Of a stretch of DNA of 64,000 bases, positions 45,368 through 55,669 are shown piece by piece. The notes beneath the pieces were generated by a model. The model was not told the DNA's origin, did not search any database, and was given only the letters and a program-made list of their open reading frames with translations. The stretch lies in the IMG/VR virus record IMGVR_UViG_3300020465_001196. The stretch is one strand, 5' to 3'. This DNA comes from a virus. Taxonomy: Duplodnaviria > Caudoviricetes. Position numbers and translations under genes: made by a program. The stretch's first letter is position 1, and every line of letters begins with the position of its first letter.

Positions 45368-46122
45368 CTTTGCACGAATGCTTTCTCTACTACAAATTGT
45401 GCAGGAATAGATGTATTGCCTTCTTGCATACCTAATGACTCAAAGTGTTCTATTAAGTCTTTATTAAGACCTTGCGACCCACATATCATAAACCTATCTT
45501 CTTTTGTATCTAAACTTTGTCCAGAAGCATCAGAAAAAAGTCTACCATTTTTTATCCATTCAGTAATTCTTCCTTTACGTGGCCATTCTTGTTGAGTTAA
45601 TGTATTAAAATATCTAAAGTTTCCATTTGTGATTGCTTTCCATTCTTCATTAAACCAATTCAGTGGTTCATGGTATGCTAATTCATTTTCATATTGAACT
45701 GTGTGTGTAAGTATAACTTTATCAAATCTATTATATGTTTCTGGATCTTTTATTATACCTAAGAAAGGTGCAAGTCCTGTACCTGTTGCAATCAAATATA
45801 AGTTACGTCCAGGTAACAGATAATCAATTACAAGTGTTCCAGTTGCTTTACTATTAATAATAACTTCATCTCCTACTTTTATATGCTGTAATTTAGAAGT
45901 TAATGGTCCATCATCTATCTTTATAGATAAAAATTCTAAATAGTCTTCATGGTTAGCTGAAGCAATTGAATATGCTCTCAATAATTTTTTACCTTCATGC
46001 TCTATGCCCATCATAACAAATTCACCATTATTAAACTTGTTTGGAAAGTTCCTGGTCGTTTTGAATGAAAAAGTTTTGTCACTCCAGTGATGTATATGTG
46101 TTACTTTCTCTTTATTAATCAT
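45364..46122 (-). CDS. fpr: ferredoxin(flavodoxin)-NADP+ reductase, bacterial subclass I
   Basis: HWSDKTFSF, RAYSIAS, GPLTSKL, ATGTGLAPF, MICGS, VEKAFV. Confidence 0.93.
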   Translation of the reverse strand: MINKEKVTHIHHWSDKTFSFKTTRNFPNKFNNGEFVMMGIEHEGKKLLRAYSIASANHEDYLEFLSIKIDDGPLTSKLQHIKVGDEVIINSKATGTLVIDYLLPGRNLYLIATGTGLAPFLGIIKDPETYNRFDKVILTHTVQYENELAYHEPLNWFNEEWKAITNGNFRYFNTLTQQEWPRKGRITEWIKNGRLFSDASGQSLDTKEDRFMICGSQGLNKDLIEHFESLGMQEGNTSIPAQFVVEKAFVQR

Positions 46123-46173
46123 TAATTAATTCCTCTTTATTTCAATATATTATACAATAATTATGCTAGTTTG

Positions 46174-47505
46174 TCACTCAAAATATTCTTTAAGTAGATC
46201 ATATTCTTTTGGGCAACTCTTTTTGAAACTTTGATTACGAATCTTGTCTATAGTTTTAGTGTATGTAGCAAATCTTTTTAATGCAGTTTCATTATTCATT
46301 CCAGTATTTGACAAGTATGTCATAAATCTATTAATTTGTTCTATATGTTCTGGATGTTTTAATTCTGAAATATGTTTAGAATAATAATCTATTACAATAC
46401 TTTTCATCTCAGATGTTAAATTTCTTGGAGCCAAATTAGCTGGGGTTTCAACAAAGTTTGTGTCTAATATCACTGAACCAATTAACTCTGCGTATTTGTA
46501 GATATCAATCATATTAAACAAATTATACATTTGCAATACCGGAGATATACTTACTTGTACTTTAGAATGATCATTAATTTTTTTATCTGCATTATGTATA
46601 ACATCATACTTTCTTAACAATCTCATATTATAATCTAATTTTTTCCATTTGCCAGGATATCTAATATATTCATAATGATCATATACTCCATCAACACTAA
46701 CATTTATTTTAAGTGTTCTAAATTTTAATAATGTATCTACAAGTAGTTCTTCATTAATTTTTGTTGCGTTTGTTATAAGATGTAGCATGATATCTTTTGC
46801 TTTGTTTTCTTTAACTAACTTTTTTAAAAATTGTATTACTTCATTTATTAGCAAAGGTTCACCGCCAGTAAATTTAAACTTGTAAACATTATCAGTATAG
46901 TCATTAAACTCTTGCCAAAAATCATTATCTTTATCTTTAAACCATAAAAACTTACTATCATCTTGTGGTTTGTGTGGATACAACTCTTGATGATATAAGT
47001 CTGTGTTATCTTTTGCTTCTTTGTTAATTTGAGAACTTGAATGTGGATCACACATTCTACATTTTAAATTACACAAATTACCAAATTTAATATCGTAATA
47101 CTGTGGCTGGTATTTCATTTTTTCATTATTAATTGTGCTATTAATATTTTCATACAATACTTTAAAATGCTCTTTTCCATTTTCAAGTTTTTCAAAATCA
47201 TTTATAAACATAGATGTATTATGGTGCCTATGAGAAGTAACTCCTGCTTCTTCTCTCATCCAACATACTTTACATTGATATGGTTTTTTATTGTTTAGCA
47301 TCTGTTTTCTTGCTACATTTATTTCTTCACCATCCCAATATTCTTTAAGAGGCATATTAGCTCTGTCGCTATGATTAGATATACAACAAAAATGTTTATG
47401 ATTGTTTGGACTAATTACAACATGATTCCATAACATTGGACAAAATGATTCGCTACTGTCTGCTAAATTTTTGATAAAGTTTTTATGTATGTCTCTGGCT
47501 TCCAT
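46174..47505 (-). CDS. N-terminal twitch-domain radical SAM enzyme
   Basis: FCPMLW...FCC...CKVCW; CNLKCRMC; TGGEP. Confidence 0.9.
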   Translation of the reverse strand: MEARDIHKNFIKNLADSSESFCPMLWNHVVISPNNHKHFCCISNHSDRANMPLKEYWDGEEINVARKQMLNNKKPYQCKVCWMREEAGVTSHRHHNTSMFINDFEKLENGKEHFKVLYENINSTINNEKMKYQPQYYDIKFGNLCNLKCRMCDPHSSSQINKEAKDNTDLYHQELYPHKPQDDSKFLWFKDKDNDFWQEFNDYTDNVYKFKFTGGEPLLINEVIQFLKKLVKENKAKDIMLHLITNATKINEELLVDTLLKFRTLKINVSVDGVYDHYEYIRYPGKWKKLDYNMRLLRKYDVIHNADKKINDHSKVQVSISPVLQMYNLFNMIDIYKYAELIGSVILDTNFVETPANLAPRNLTSEMKSIVIDYYSKHISELKHPEHIEQINRFMTYLSNTGMNNETALKRFATYTKTIDKIRNQSFKKSCPKEYDLLKEYFE

Positions 47506-47513
47506 ACAAATAT

Positions 47514-48959
47514 TTATTTGAAATGCTCTTTGACTAATTTATACTCTTTAGGACAGGATTCTTTAAAACTATTTCCACGAATTGAATCTATTATAGATAT
47601 GTATTTTACAAACTGTTCTCTATGTTTTTCATTTAAATTTGAATTTTCTATTCTTTTAATAACATCTTTACACATATCAATATATCTTTGTTGTTGATGA
47701 GCATTAGTATTTTTTTCAAGTTTTAAATTAACTATAGTTTTACTCCAATATTTGATTGCTTCTTTTTTCATACTATCAGTTAACAAGTGTAAAATACTTA
47801 AATGTTCTGGGTAAAATACAAAGCCAATATCACCTATAATAAATCTATCATGATGCAAATCATCATCACGTAAACTAGGTGAATTTTGACTTTTGTTAAG
47901 TCTTAATGACCATAACATAACTTCGCCTAGACTTAACAAATTTAAAATAGATAAAGTTGGATGAAACCTAATTTTAACTCTTGTAATTTTTGCTTTTATA
48001 CTATCTGGATTTTTAAAAGTAAACATCTTAACATTTTTATCTAATACATTCCATTTGCCAGGAAATCTAATATATTCATATTGTTTTCCTATTCCATCTA
48101 CACTTGTTATAATTCTTGTTTCTTTAAACTTTTCAAACACTTCTTCTTTTAATTTTTTTGAAAATGTTTGTCCATTTGAAATCATTTCTACGAGAGTATT
48201 TTTTGCTTTATCTTCTTCAATTAACTTTATTAAAAAATTATGGAAGGTATTATTAAGTATAGGTTCTCCACCAGTAGATTTTATTTTAATTAAGTTATCT
48301 GACATTTCAAAAAAATCTTTCCACCAATTTTCATCGTTAACCCAATCAAACATTGTTTTAGGTGGAACTGCATAATGCTCTTGAGTTGTTTTATCTAACT
48401 TATCATATAAACTTTTATTACTATCTACTTCTTTTAAATGTTGAGAACTTGAAAATGGACTACACGTTGGGCATTTTAAATTACATAAATTACCAAACTT
48501 CATATCAAAAGATTGTGGATTATGTGGTAATGGTTTATTATCTAATGTTGCTTGAACATTTTCAAGTACTTGAATTAAATGATGATCTTCTCTTTTGTCA
48601 TCACCTTCAAATAGTGCATTGATTGCCTGTTGCCTATATGATAGTTGATTATTGTCTTCTTGTATCCAACAAATTTTACACTCTTTAATTCTAGCATCAG
48701 GTTTAAAGTTTGATAATATATTTTTTCTATCGCCACTAAACTTATCACCATGCCACCAATCACTAACTGTTTCTTTGATATACTTTTTATCAAAGTCATA
48801 TTCTGGATCATCAGGGGCTTTAGATACACAACAATATGTTTTTTCATTAAGTGTACCTACATGAACATGATTGAAAAACAAAGGACAAAAATGTTTATGC
48901 TTTTCAGATATTTCGCGTAACTTATTAAATAATGTTTCTCGTGTTTCCATACTCGACAA
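47514..48959 (-). CDS. N-terminal twitch-domain radical SAM enzyme
   Basis: FCPLFF...YCC...CKICW; CNLKCPTC; TGGEP. Confidence 0.9.
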   Translation of the reverse strand: MSSMETRETLFNKLREISEKHKHFCPLFFNHVHVGTLNEKTYCCVSKAPDDPEYDFDKKYIKETVSDWWHGDKFSGDRKNILSNFKPDARIKECKICWIQEDNNQLSYRQQAINALFEGDDKREDHHLIQVLENVQATLDNKPLPHNPQSFDMKFGNLCNLKCPTCSPFSSSQHLKEVDSNKSLYDKLDKTTQEHYAVPPKTMFDWVNDENWWKDFFEMSDNLIKIKSTGGEPILNNTFHNFLIKLIEEDKAKNTLVEMISNGQTFSKKLKEEVFEKFKETRIITSVDGIGKQYEYIRFPGKWNVLDKNVKMFTFKNPDSIKAKITRVKIRFHPTLSILNLLSLGEVMLWSLRLNKSQNSPSLRDDDLHHDRFIIGDIGFVFYPEHLSILHLLTDSMKKEAIKYWSKTIVNLKLEKNTNAHQQQRYIDMCKDVIKRIENSNLNEKHREQFVKYISIIDSIRGNSFKESCPKEYKLVKEHFK

Positions 48960-50142
48960 TTGTACACCCTTCTATTTGTGGACATTGTCTCCATGGATCA
49001 ATAATTATCGACCCTTGTGGAAAATCGTACTTAGATGTATCATCTGTACCATAGGTAACTTTTGGATTGTGTGCTAATAGATAAACTGCTTTACCTAAAT
49101 CTTTAGGTGGCTGATCGCCTGTCTGCTCATCTTGGTAGTACAAAGTTCTCCCTGCTTTTTCAATGTAATGCCCAATTAGTAAACTGTAAGATCCATTAGT
49201 ATACGGTACGTGTGGCTTGTATGCTTTACCTACTATTACAATTGGTAAATTATATTGCATACATTTTTTTGCTAGGTTTTCTGCTTGTACTTCTCTTGCT
49301 CCCATAATAGCATCAAACAAATCATAACCTAATCCTAAATTATCAGCCATCCAACGAAGTGCAATATTATCACGTGGGTGACAAGCACCTCCATCACCCA
49401 TACCTGCTGTCATATACTTTGGACCCATAATACGCATATCAGAAAATGCTAGTGCTGATGTTACTACATCTACATTTATATTACCTTGCTTTTCTGCTAC
49501 GTCTTGAATCATATTAACTAAACCAATTTTTGCTGATATAAATGTGTTGTAAAATATTTTTATTGATTCACATTCATCCCAAGTACCTACTACGTACCTT
49601 GGATTGTTCTGCATTAATGGTTTGTAAAAATCTATAAGTTCTTTTGCGTCACCTGTTTTTGATCCATCTTCTGTACCAATCATAATCATTTCTGGATTTA
49701 CCATATCCCATTTTACTGATCCCATTGCAATTAAATATGGATTATAAACAAATCTTGCATTTGTAATTAAAGGTTCAAGCTCACGTCTTGTTGTACCTGG
49801 TAGTACAGTTGATATAAGAACTACTAATTGTTTTTTATTAACAAATTGATTAACTTCACTTAATATATTTTTAACTATTGTGTAATCAAAATCTTTTGGC
49901 TCTAAATGTGCTGTTGGTGTAGATCCATCATAACGTGGATCGTGTGGTGTTGGAGCCGCAATAAAAACTATGTCTTTGTCTTTTACTGCTTCTTGTATTG
50001 TTGGTTGCATTTTAAAATTCTCTGGTTGTCTAGGTTCGACGTCGAACCCTTCAACTGTATATTTTTCTGCCATAACTTCGGCACAGTCTTTACCTAGTTT
50101 ACCGCATCCTATCATTGCAATTTTTGTATCTTTTGTTTTCAT
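48925..50142 (-). CDS. UDP-glucose/GDP-mannose dehydrogenase family
   Basis: IGCGKLG Rossmann, AAPTP, STVLPGT, YNP, K..YNTF, GDGGACHPRD, GKAYK. Confidence 0.9.
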   Translation of the reverse strand: MKTKDTKIAMIGCGKLGKDCAEVMAEKYTVEGFDVEPRQPENFKMQPTIQEAVKDKDIVFIAAPTPHDPRYDGSTPTAHLEPKDFDYTIVKNILSEVNQFVNKKQLVVLISTVLPGTTRRELEPLITNARFVYNPYLIAMGSVKWDMVNPEMIMIGTEDGSKTGDAKELIDFYKPLMQNNPRYVVGTWDECESIKIFYNTFISAKIGLVNMIQDVAEKQGNINVDVVTSALAFSDMRIMGPKYMTAGMGDGGACHPRDNIALRWMADNLGLGYDLFDAIMGAREVQAENLAKKCMQYNLPIVIVGKAYKPHVPYTNGSYSLLIGHYIEKAGRTLYYQDEQTGDQPPKDLGKAVYLLAHNPKVTYGTDDTSKYDFPQGSIIIDPWRQCPQIEGCTIVEYGNTRNII

Positions 50143-51620
50143 GAGTATACCTTTATATTATGTTTTTGTTCAAATGCATCTGCGTGTGCTCTAGTATTTA
50201 CCAAAGGTTCACCTTTAATGTTTAAAGATGTATTTAAAAGCATAGGACAGCCTGTTTGATCATAAAACTTTTTAATTAAATTATAAAACCCGGGAGCTTC
50301 TTTCTGTGTTACTGTTTGTACACGTGAAGTCCCATCAGCATGAATAATTGCTGGAAATTCGTGTGGCTTTCTACATATAGCAACTGCCTGCATATAAGGA
50401 GATTCAGTAATACCACCTGGCATAGTAAAATAATCATGTACGTGTTCTTCAAGTATAGCTGGTGCAAAAGGTCTAAACTTTTGTCGTTTTTTAATATCAT
50501 TTACTCTATCTTTGATTGCACTACCTCTTGGATCTGCAAGTAATGAACGATTACCTAATGCTCTAGGACCAAACTCTGCTCTACCACTTGCTACACCAAT
50601 TATGTCTCCATTCATTAGTGCCTGACAAGCAGAATCAACAGGATAATCTCCTTCAATGTTTGTACCTAAAAAAGGACCTTTCCAATTTACTTTACTACCA
50701 TAACCTAATGCCGCGGCGCCTAACGAATTACCTGCGTCACCTGGATTAGGCATAATCCATATGTTTGGATTTTTTCTTAACAATAATGAGTTGGCTACAC
50801 AATTAAGTGCAACTCCACCCATCCATACTAAATTCTTTTTTGAACTTAATGTTTTTGCTATATTAAATAATTCTAAGATTTTCTTTTCAATAACCATTTG
50901 TATTGATGCCGCAACATCATATGAAAACTGATGGTCAAGCAACGGAATATGACACATCCATTCTTCAATACCAGCATGAACATTTTGTTTTAGTTTTAAT
51001 GGATCACGTGTATCAAAAAATTCTTTCTCAATTTTATCTGCGTAAATTGGTTTACCATATGCGGCCATACCCATTAAAATATATTCTTCTTCGTTTGGTT
51101 TTAGTCCAACCCTTTGTGTAAATGCCGAATACAATAATCCTAATGAATGTGGATACTTGTATGTTTTCAATCTTGTTAACTTACCAGGAGCAACATAATC
51201 CCAAATAGATATAGTATCAAACTCACCAATAGCATCTGCAACAATAACACAGGCAGATTCATATGGAGATGTAAATGCTCCAGCGGCCGCGTGTGATTCA
51301 TGATGACTTACATATTCTAACTTTGTTTTAAATACTGTTCTCATATACTGTGAAGGCAAATTACTCATAGAAAATGCTTCATTAAACTGTCCTGAATACA
51401 ATTGTCTACGTTTCTTTTGCCATGGTCTTTCATGCCAAATAACTTTATCTGGTTCACCATACTCTAATGCTTCATTAATAATTTCTGGACACAGGTTTGG
51501 ATCATTTTTTATTCTTGTATACCTTTCTGTGTGGGCACCAAATACTACTTCGCCATCTTTAACAACAGACAGAGCACCATCATGTCCTAATGCACATATA
51601 CCCCAAATTGTTTTACTCAT
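50139..51620 (-). CDS. O-carbamoyltransferase (NodU/CmcH/TobZ family)
   Basis: GHDG, ERYTRIK, HHESHAA, DAIGE, SLGLLY, MGMAAYG, GGVALN, GRAEFGPRALGNRS, RQKFRPFAP, LNTSLN; start refined. Confidence 0.93.
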   Translation of the reverse strand: MSKTIWGICALGHDGALSVVKDGEVVFGAHTERYTRIKNDPNLCPEIINEALEYGEPDKVIWHERPWQKKRRQLYSGQFNEAFSMSNLPSQYMRTVFKTKLEYVSHHESHAAAGAFTSPYESACVIVADAIGEFDTISIWDYVAPGKLTRLKTYKYPHSLGLLYSAFTQRVGLKPNEEEYILMGMAAYGKPIYADKIEKEFFDTRDPLKLKQNVHAGIEEWMCHIPLLDHQFSYDVAASIQMVIEKKILELFNIAKTLSSKKNLVWMGGVALNCVANSLLLRKNPNIWIMPNPGDAGNSLGAAALGYGSKVNWKGPFLGTNIEGDYPVDSACQALMNGDIIGVASGRAEFGPRALGNRSLLADPRGSAIKDRVNDIKKRQKFRPFAPAILEEHVHDYFTMPGGITESPYMQAVAICRKPHEFPAIIHADGTSRVQTVTQKEAPGFYNLIKKFYDQTGCPMLLNTSLNIKGEPLVNTRAHADAFEQKHNIKVYS

Positions 51621-52161
51621 TGTTACCTCTCGCACTTAATATCATAAATTTTATTTCTGCTTCGTTCTCAACTATCCATTTTATATTATTAATAATATTA
51701 TCATATGACAGTTTAGCACCATTGTAATCTTTATTAAATTCTGTATCAACATATCCTAATGCTAATGTTGTTATTTTACAACTTCTTTTTTCATTTTGTA
51801 AGAGTTCTGCTTGAGCATGAAGAGCCATTTTTTCTATTGGGTATTGTCTATAAACAACTTGCCAATCTGTATAAGGAACAGTATCTACTCCAATATTAAT
51901 AATGTGTTTGCCTTCTTTGTGTTGCCAAGCCTTAAACATTGTATTCAACATTTCTACTTGATGAAATCCATCATGTGCATTATTAATAAACACATCGCAA
52001 TTTAATGCTTGGTGTAATATTGATGTTCTACCATCTTGTGTTGATATATCACCAACTCCTATTGACTTACTACATCCTACAGAGTTAGGAAGAAATGCTT
52101 CATATACTGCTTTACCTATTCCTCTAGTATGTCCTGTTACTGCTATTTTTTTATTCATCAA
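51613..52161 (-). CDS. short-chain dehydrogenase/reductase
   Basis: TGHTRGIG, FINNA, IINIG, YxxxK (YPIEK). Confidence 0.85.
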   Translation of the reverse strand: MMNKKIAVTGHTRGIGKAVYEAFLPNSVGCSKSIGVGDISTQDGRTSILHQALNCDVFINNAHDGFHQVEMLNTMFKAWQHKEGKHIINIGVDTVPYTDWQVVYRQYPIEKMALHAQAELLQNEKRSCKITTLALGYVDTEFNKDYNGAKLSYDNIINNIKWIVENEAEIKFMILSARGNNE

Positions 52162-52426
52162 CTGCCTCTACGTGTATTCCTTTTACCCAATGGTACCATT
52201 CTTTTGCTTTTGCTTTTGCCTCGATGTGTAATGGATCTGTTCTCCAAGCATCAACATCTTCTTTTGTTTTCCATGAACTAATTGTAATTTCAACATCATC
52301 TTTTTCTTCTGACGTAATATTTATAAAGCCAGGTAAGGTCTCAGCTTTTTCTCTAACTCTTTTACTATAGTCATAATATTCTTCGTTAAAATTTTTTATC
52401 TTTGCAATAAAGAAAACTTTAATCAT
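52151..52426 (-). CDS. antibiotic biosynthesis monooxygenase (ABM) domain protein
   Basis: PGFI...ITISSW...AWRTDPLH..AK...W. Confidence 0.8.
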   Translation of the reverse strand: MIKVFFIAKIKNFNEEYYDYSKRVREKAETLPGFINITSEEKDDVEITISSWKTKEDVDAWRTDPLHIEAKAKAKEWYHWVKGIHVEAVDE

Positions 52427-53312
52427 TCATTACCTTTTCATATGCTCCTGTTAAGCATACTCTATTAATTCCATTTTCTCTTTTAAATCTATCCCATTGT
52501 TCATCTCTTGTTGTTGCTACCAGATATGAATCACTAGGATCAAGATCAAACTTTTTACATATTTGTTTTTGTAAACTTTCATATTGTTGTTTTTTATCAA
52601 ACACTGAACTATTCAATGTTACTTCTTTAAACACATCAATTATTGCATGATTAAAATATCCAACACCTTGTAGTTCTTCTTGTATTAGTTCTGCTTTTCT
52701 TGTGAACCTTATACCTGCTCTCAATAACCCAAGTCCCCACGGTTTAGAACAACTCCAAAATATTTCTTTTACACTTGGATATATTTTAACATGATTTACT
52801 CCAGTTGAACCTGCAAACGCCATATCTAAATATATTGGAACATTTCCCATTTCACCTACACGATCATAACGTGTATCAAAGCAACCTGATGCACTAAAAG
52901 GATTACTCATATACAAAGGTACTCCTGGCATAACGTCACCTATGGTTGTTGCAATATTAACTGGTCTTTTAACAAACGAAGAATATCTATATTCACCTTT
53001 AAATATTTGATACTCTTCTAGTTTATTACACATCCAATCAATACTTTCATGGATTCCATTTGTTGGATAAGCATAAGGTAAATCATTTGTGTCAACTAAA
53101 GGTTTTAAAAAAGTACGAACTTGGTCTTGACATACTTCCCACATCTTACGTCTTTTTACTGACGGTGTTTTATCATTTTCATTTGTGCTTTCAATGTACG
53201 ATCCATATCTTGCATCTAATTTATTTTTAATAATTTTATCAACAGGAGAATGTATTGCTTTACTAATACCAAACGTGCTATTGTCTATGCTATCTAAATT
53301 TATTGTTTCCAT
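52419..53312 (-). CDS. PLP-dependent fold-type I enzyme (aminotransferase-like)
   Basis: SNP, YLDMAF, SCSKPWGL...RAG. Confidence 0.75.
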   Translation of the reverse strand: METINLDSIDNSTFGISKAIHSPVDKIIKNKLDARYGSYIESTNENDKTPSVKRRKMWEVCQDQVRTFLKPLVDTNDLPYAYPTNGIHESIDWMCNKLEEYQIFKGEYRYSSFVKRPVNIATTIGDVMPGVPLYMSNPFSASGCFDTRYDRVGEMGNVPIYLDMAFAGSTGVNHVKIYPSVKEIFWSCSKPWGLGLLRAGIRFTRKAELIQEELQGVGYFNHAIIDVFKEVTLNSSVFDKKQQYESLQKQICKKFDLDPSDSYLVATTRDEQWDRFKRENGINRVCLTGAYEKVMND

Positions 53313-53314
53313 AA

Positions 53315-53992
53315 TTACCTTTGTTTCAATAACTTACAAACTTTTTTTACTGACTCTTCATTAACATCTACATTTACAATTAACCAATACGATGGATCAT
53401 TTGTTGTATTAAATAACGTATGAATTTTTGCAGTATCTACATAATACAATCTTCCAGTTACCCATTGTGTTGGAAGTTTGTCATCTATTATCCATACTAC
53501 TCCAGGTGTATAACAATTTTTTAATGGCATAATTAATCTAAATGTATCAAATACAACTTTGCTATTATGATGAAATTGATATTCATCAGGATGATCTCTA
53601 TGTGGTGGAAAGAAGCCTCCTGTATCAAGTCTTATAATATGAGTTCTAAACAAATGTTCTTTAAATGGATCTAAACATTTCTGTAATGATTCCCACTCGT
53701 AAACTGGTGTTGGTTTTGTAAAATCTCTTTCTGTCCATTTTGTATTATTTTCTCTATTATAATCATATACACTATCTAAATCTGGCTTACCTGATAATCC
53801 ACCATCTAAACTTGTAATACTTAATCCATGTCTTCTATAATCTTTTCTTGGATTATATTTTACATAATCAAAATTTTGTTCTGTCCATTCTATAAACTTA
53901 ACAGTATCATTCATTTTTAAATTTAATGCGTACTTTGTTCCAAGTGATGATAAATCTCTATATAAACTATTCTTATTCATTAACTTCTCCAA
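53315..53992 (-). CDS. Asp/Asn beta-hydroxylase-like oxygenase
   Basis: GFFPPHRD...IHTLFN. Confidence 0.78.
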   Translation of the reverse strand: MEKLMNKNSLYRDLSSLGTKYALNLKMNDTVKFIEWTEQNFDYVKYNPRKDYRRHGLSITSLDGGLSGKPDLDSVYDYNRENNTKWTERDFTKPTPVYEWESLQKCLDPFKEHLFRTHIIRLDTGGFFPPHRDHPDEYQFHHNSKVVFDTFRLIMPLKNCYTPGVVWIIDDKLPTQWVTGRLYYVDTAKIHTLFNTTNDPSYWLIVNVDVNEESVKKVCKLLKQR

Positions 53993-54506
53993 AAACTAAA
54001 TGTATTCTGTCTTTAGTATCACCGTTTAATGCTGTATGCATTTTTGTTGTATCAACATAATAAGCACATCCATCAGCAGGTATATGCACTACTTTTTGAT
54101 CTTTAACAAATACAAAATGAGCATGATGAGTCGTTATTAATGCCATATGATATCTTCCTGTCCAATCATAATGTGTTGAATAACAACGTTTTGGTATTAA
54201 ACGCATAAGTCTAGCTCTAACAGGTTTAAAAGGTAAATTGTTTAATACTTCTTCAAAGTATGAACCTTTAAGCTCAGGATGTATTTGATTAAAGTTATTC
54301 TCATTAACTTTATACTCCCAACCTTTATCTGTTTCTACTGCTGACTTTCCAACTCCATCATGCCAATCATTACTGCCATCTCTTACTTGTATTGCAATTT
54401 GATTTTCTTTAGGATGCCATTCTGCTTTAGACATAACAGTTTCTAAACAATCAATCATTTTATATAAATCAAAATTTGTTTCAAACTTTTTTATTAATTC
54501 ACTCAT
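53973..54506 (-). CDS. Asp/Asn beta-hydroxylase-like oxygenase
   Basis: THYD...RYHMAL...MHTALN...RIHLV. Confidence 0.8.
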   Translation of the reverse strand: MSELIKKFETNFDLYKMIDCLETVMSKAEWHPKENQIAIQVRDGSNDWHDGVGKSAVETDKGWEYKVNENNFNQIHPELKGSYFEEVLNNLPFKPVRARLMRLIPKRCYSTHYDWTGRYHMALITTHHAHFVFVKDQKVVHIPADGCAYYVDTTKMHTALNGDTKDRIHLVFGEVNE

Positions 54507-55669
54507 GTATATGTTTTATCTCCAGGCCATAATGGTAATTTAGTTCCTTCTGCTCTTTTTGGTATTTTTGAATCAGCACTTGATACACAACTTTGTGAAA
54601 TACATTTTTCTGGTTTATCAAATAGTTTAAACCCTGTTTCAATATTTCCAAGTGGTTTATCATGACAACTGTAACTTCTTTTTATACTACCATCTGGTTC
54701 CCTAATAATAATTGATCTGTATCCTGATGAACACTCCCACCCTTCAAACTTATTAAAATTAAAAGCATTAAATCTTTCTGCTTGATCCATAAAGTATGGA
54801 TTGTTTTCTTTATCTCTAAATTCAACTTGAAAATGCTGTGGAACTCCTTGTGAGTAAGTTTGCTTTTGTAATGTTCTATCATCATCTATTTTAAATGTTG
54901 CTTTTGGTCTTTCTACGTGTTTGTTTTTTTCTTCAGTAAATCCTCGTTGTGGCATACCGTTGTATAACTTTTGAAGCATTTCATCCGTATAGCCTTTAAC
55001 AACCGTTGACGCTGTTGGATCCGATTGAGGTTTGAGCGTAACGTTAATACCTCTATTGTGGAAGTATAATGATTCTTCATATAGTTCATCGAACCATTCT
55101 GGTACCATAACTTGGTTGATTGTAACTTGGACATCGTGTTCTTGTGCATAACATAATTTGTCTGCGAACTGTTCTCTTTTTTCTTGTGTGTTAACGTGTT
55201 CCCTGTGGTAAGAAGCCGTGATACTGGCTCTATGGAACGGTGCGACTGCTTGTACATATTTTTCAAACCATTTCATGTTTCTACTACAATTACTTGTCAT
55301 ATGGACAGAAGTATAATTAGTATTTGGTGTATCATCAGCGAGATGCTGTAGAATATCAATATAACCAGGATGAAATGTAGGCTCGCCGCCAGAAAGTGAG
55401 AAGTGGAAACTATTAAATCCTCTAGCTCTCGCTTGTCTTTTGATTTCATCAATGGTGGCAAGACATAACTCAGTAGGCCTATGATCTTTTCTGTCACTCC
55501 TAGCATACGGCCAACAGTAGCTACACCTATAGTTACAAAACCTACCAAGAAGCCAACTGACTGTAAAAAGATCCCGATACAACATAGTACGTTGGCCCAC
55601 ACGAACGAGATCAGGGTACGGAATTTTTGTAAAATCATACTCACTCCATTTTAAATCGTTCATTGCCAA
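54503..55669 (-). CDS. radical SAM enzyme, same class as 21072-22397
   Basis: WLLGRFCNYRCSYC, LSGGEP, C-terminal Cys cluster. Confidence 0.9.
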   Translation of the reverse strand: MAMNDLKWSEYDFTKIPYPDLVRVGQRTMLYRDLFTVSWLLGRFCNYRCSYCWPYARSDRKDHRPTELCLATIDEIKRQARARGFNSFHFSLSGGEPTFHPGYIDILQHLADDTPNTNYTSVHMTSNCSRNMKWFEKYVQAVAPFHRASITASYHREHVNTQEKREQFADKLCYAQEHDVQVTINQVMVPEWFDELYEESLYFHNRGINVTLKPQSDPTASTVVKGYTDEMLQKLYNGMPQRGFTEEKNKHVERPKATFKIDDDRTLQKQTYSQGVPQHFQVEFRDKENNPYFMDQAERFNAFNFNKFEGWECSSGYRSIIIREPDGSIKRSYSCHDKPLGNIETGFKLFDKPEKCISQSCVSSADSKIPKRAEGTKLPLWPGDKTYT

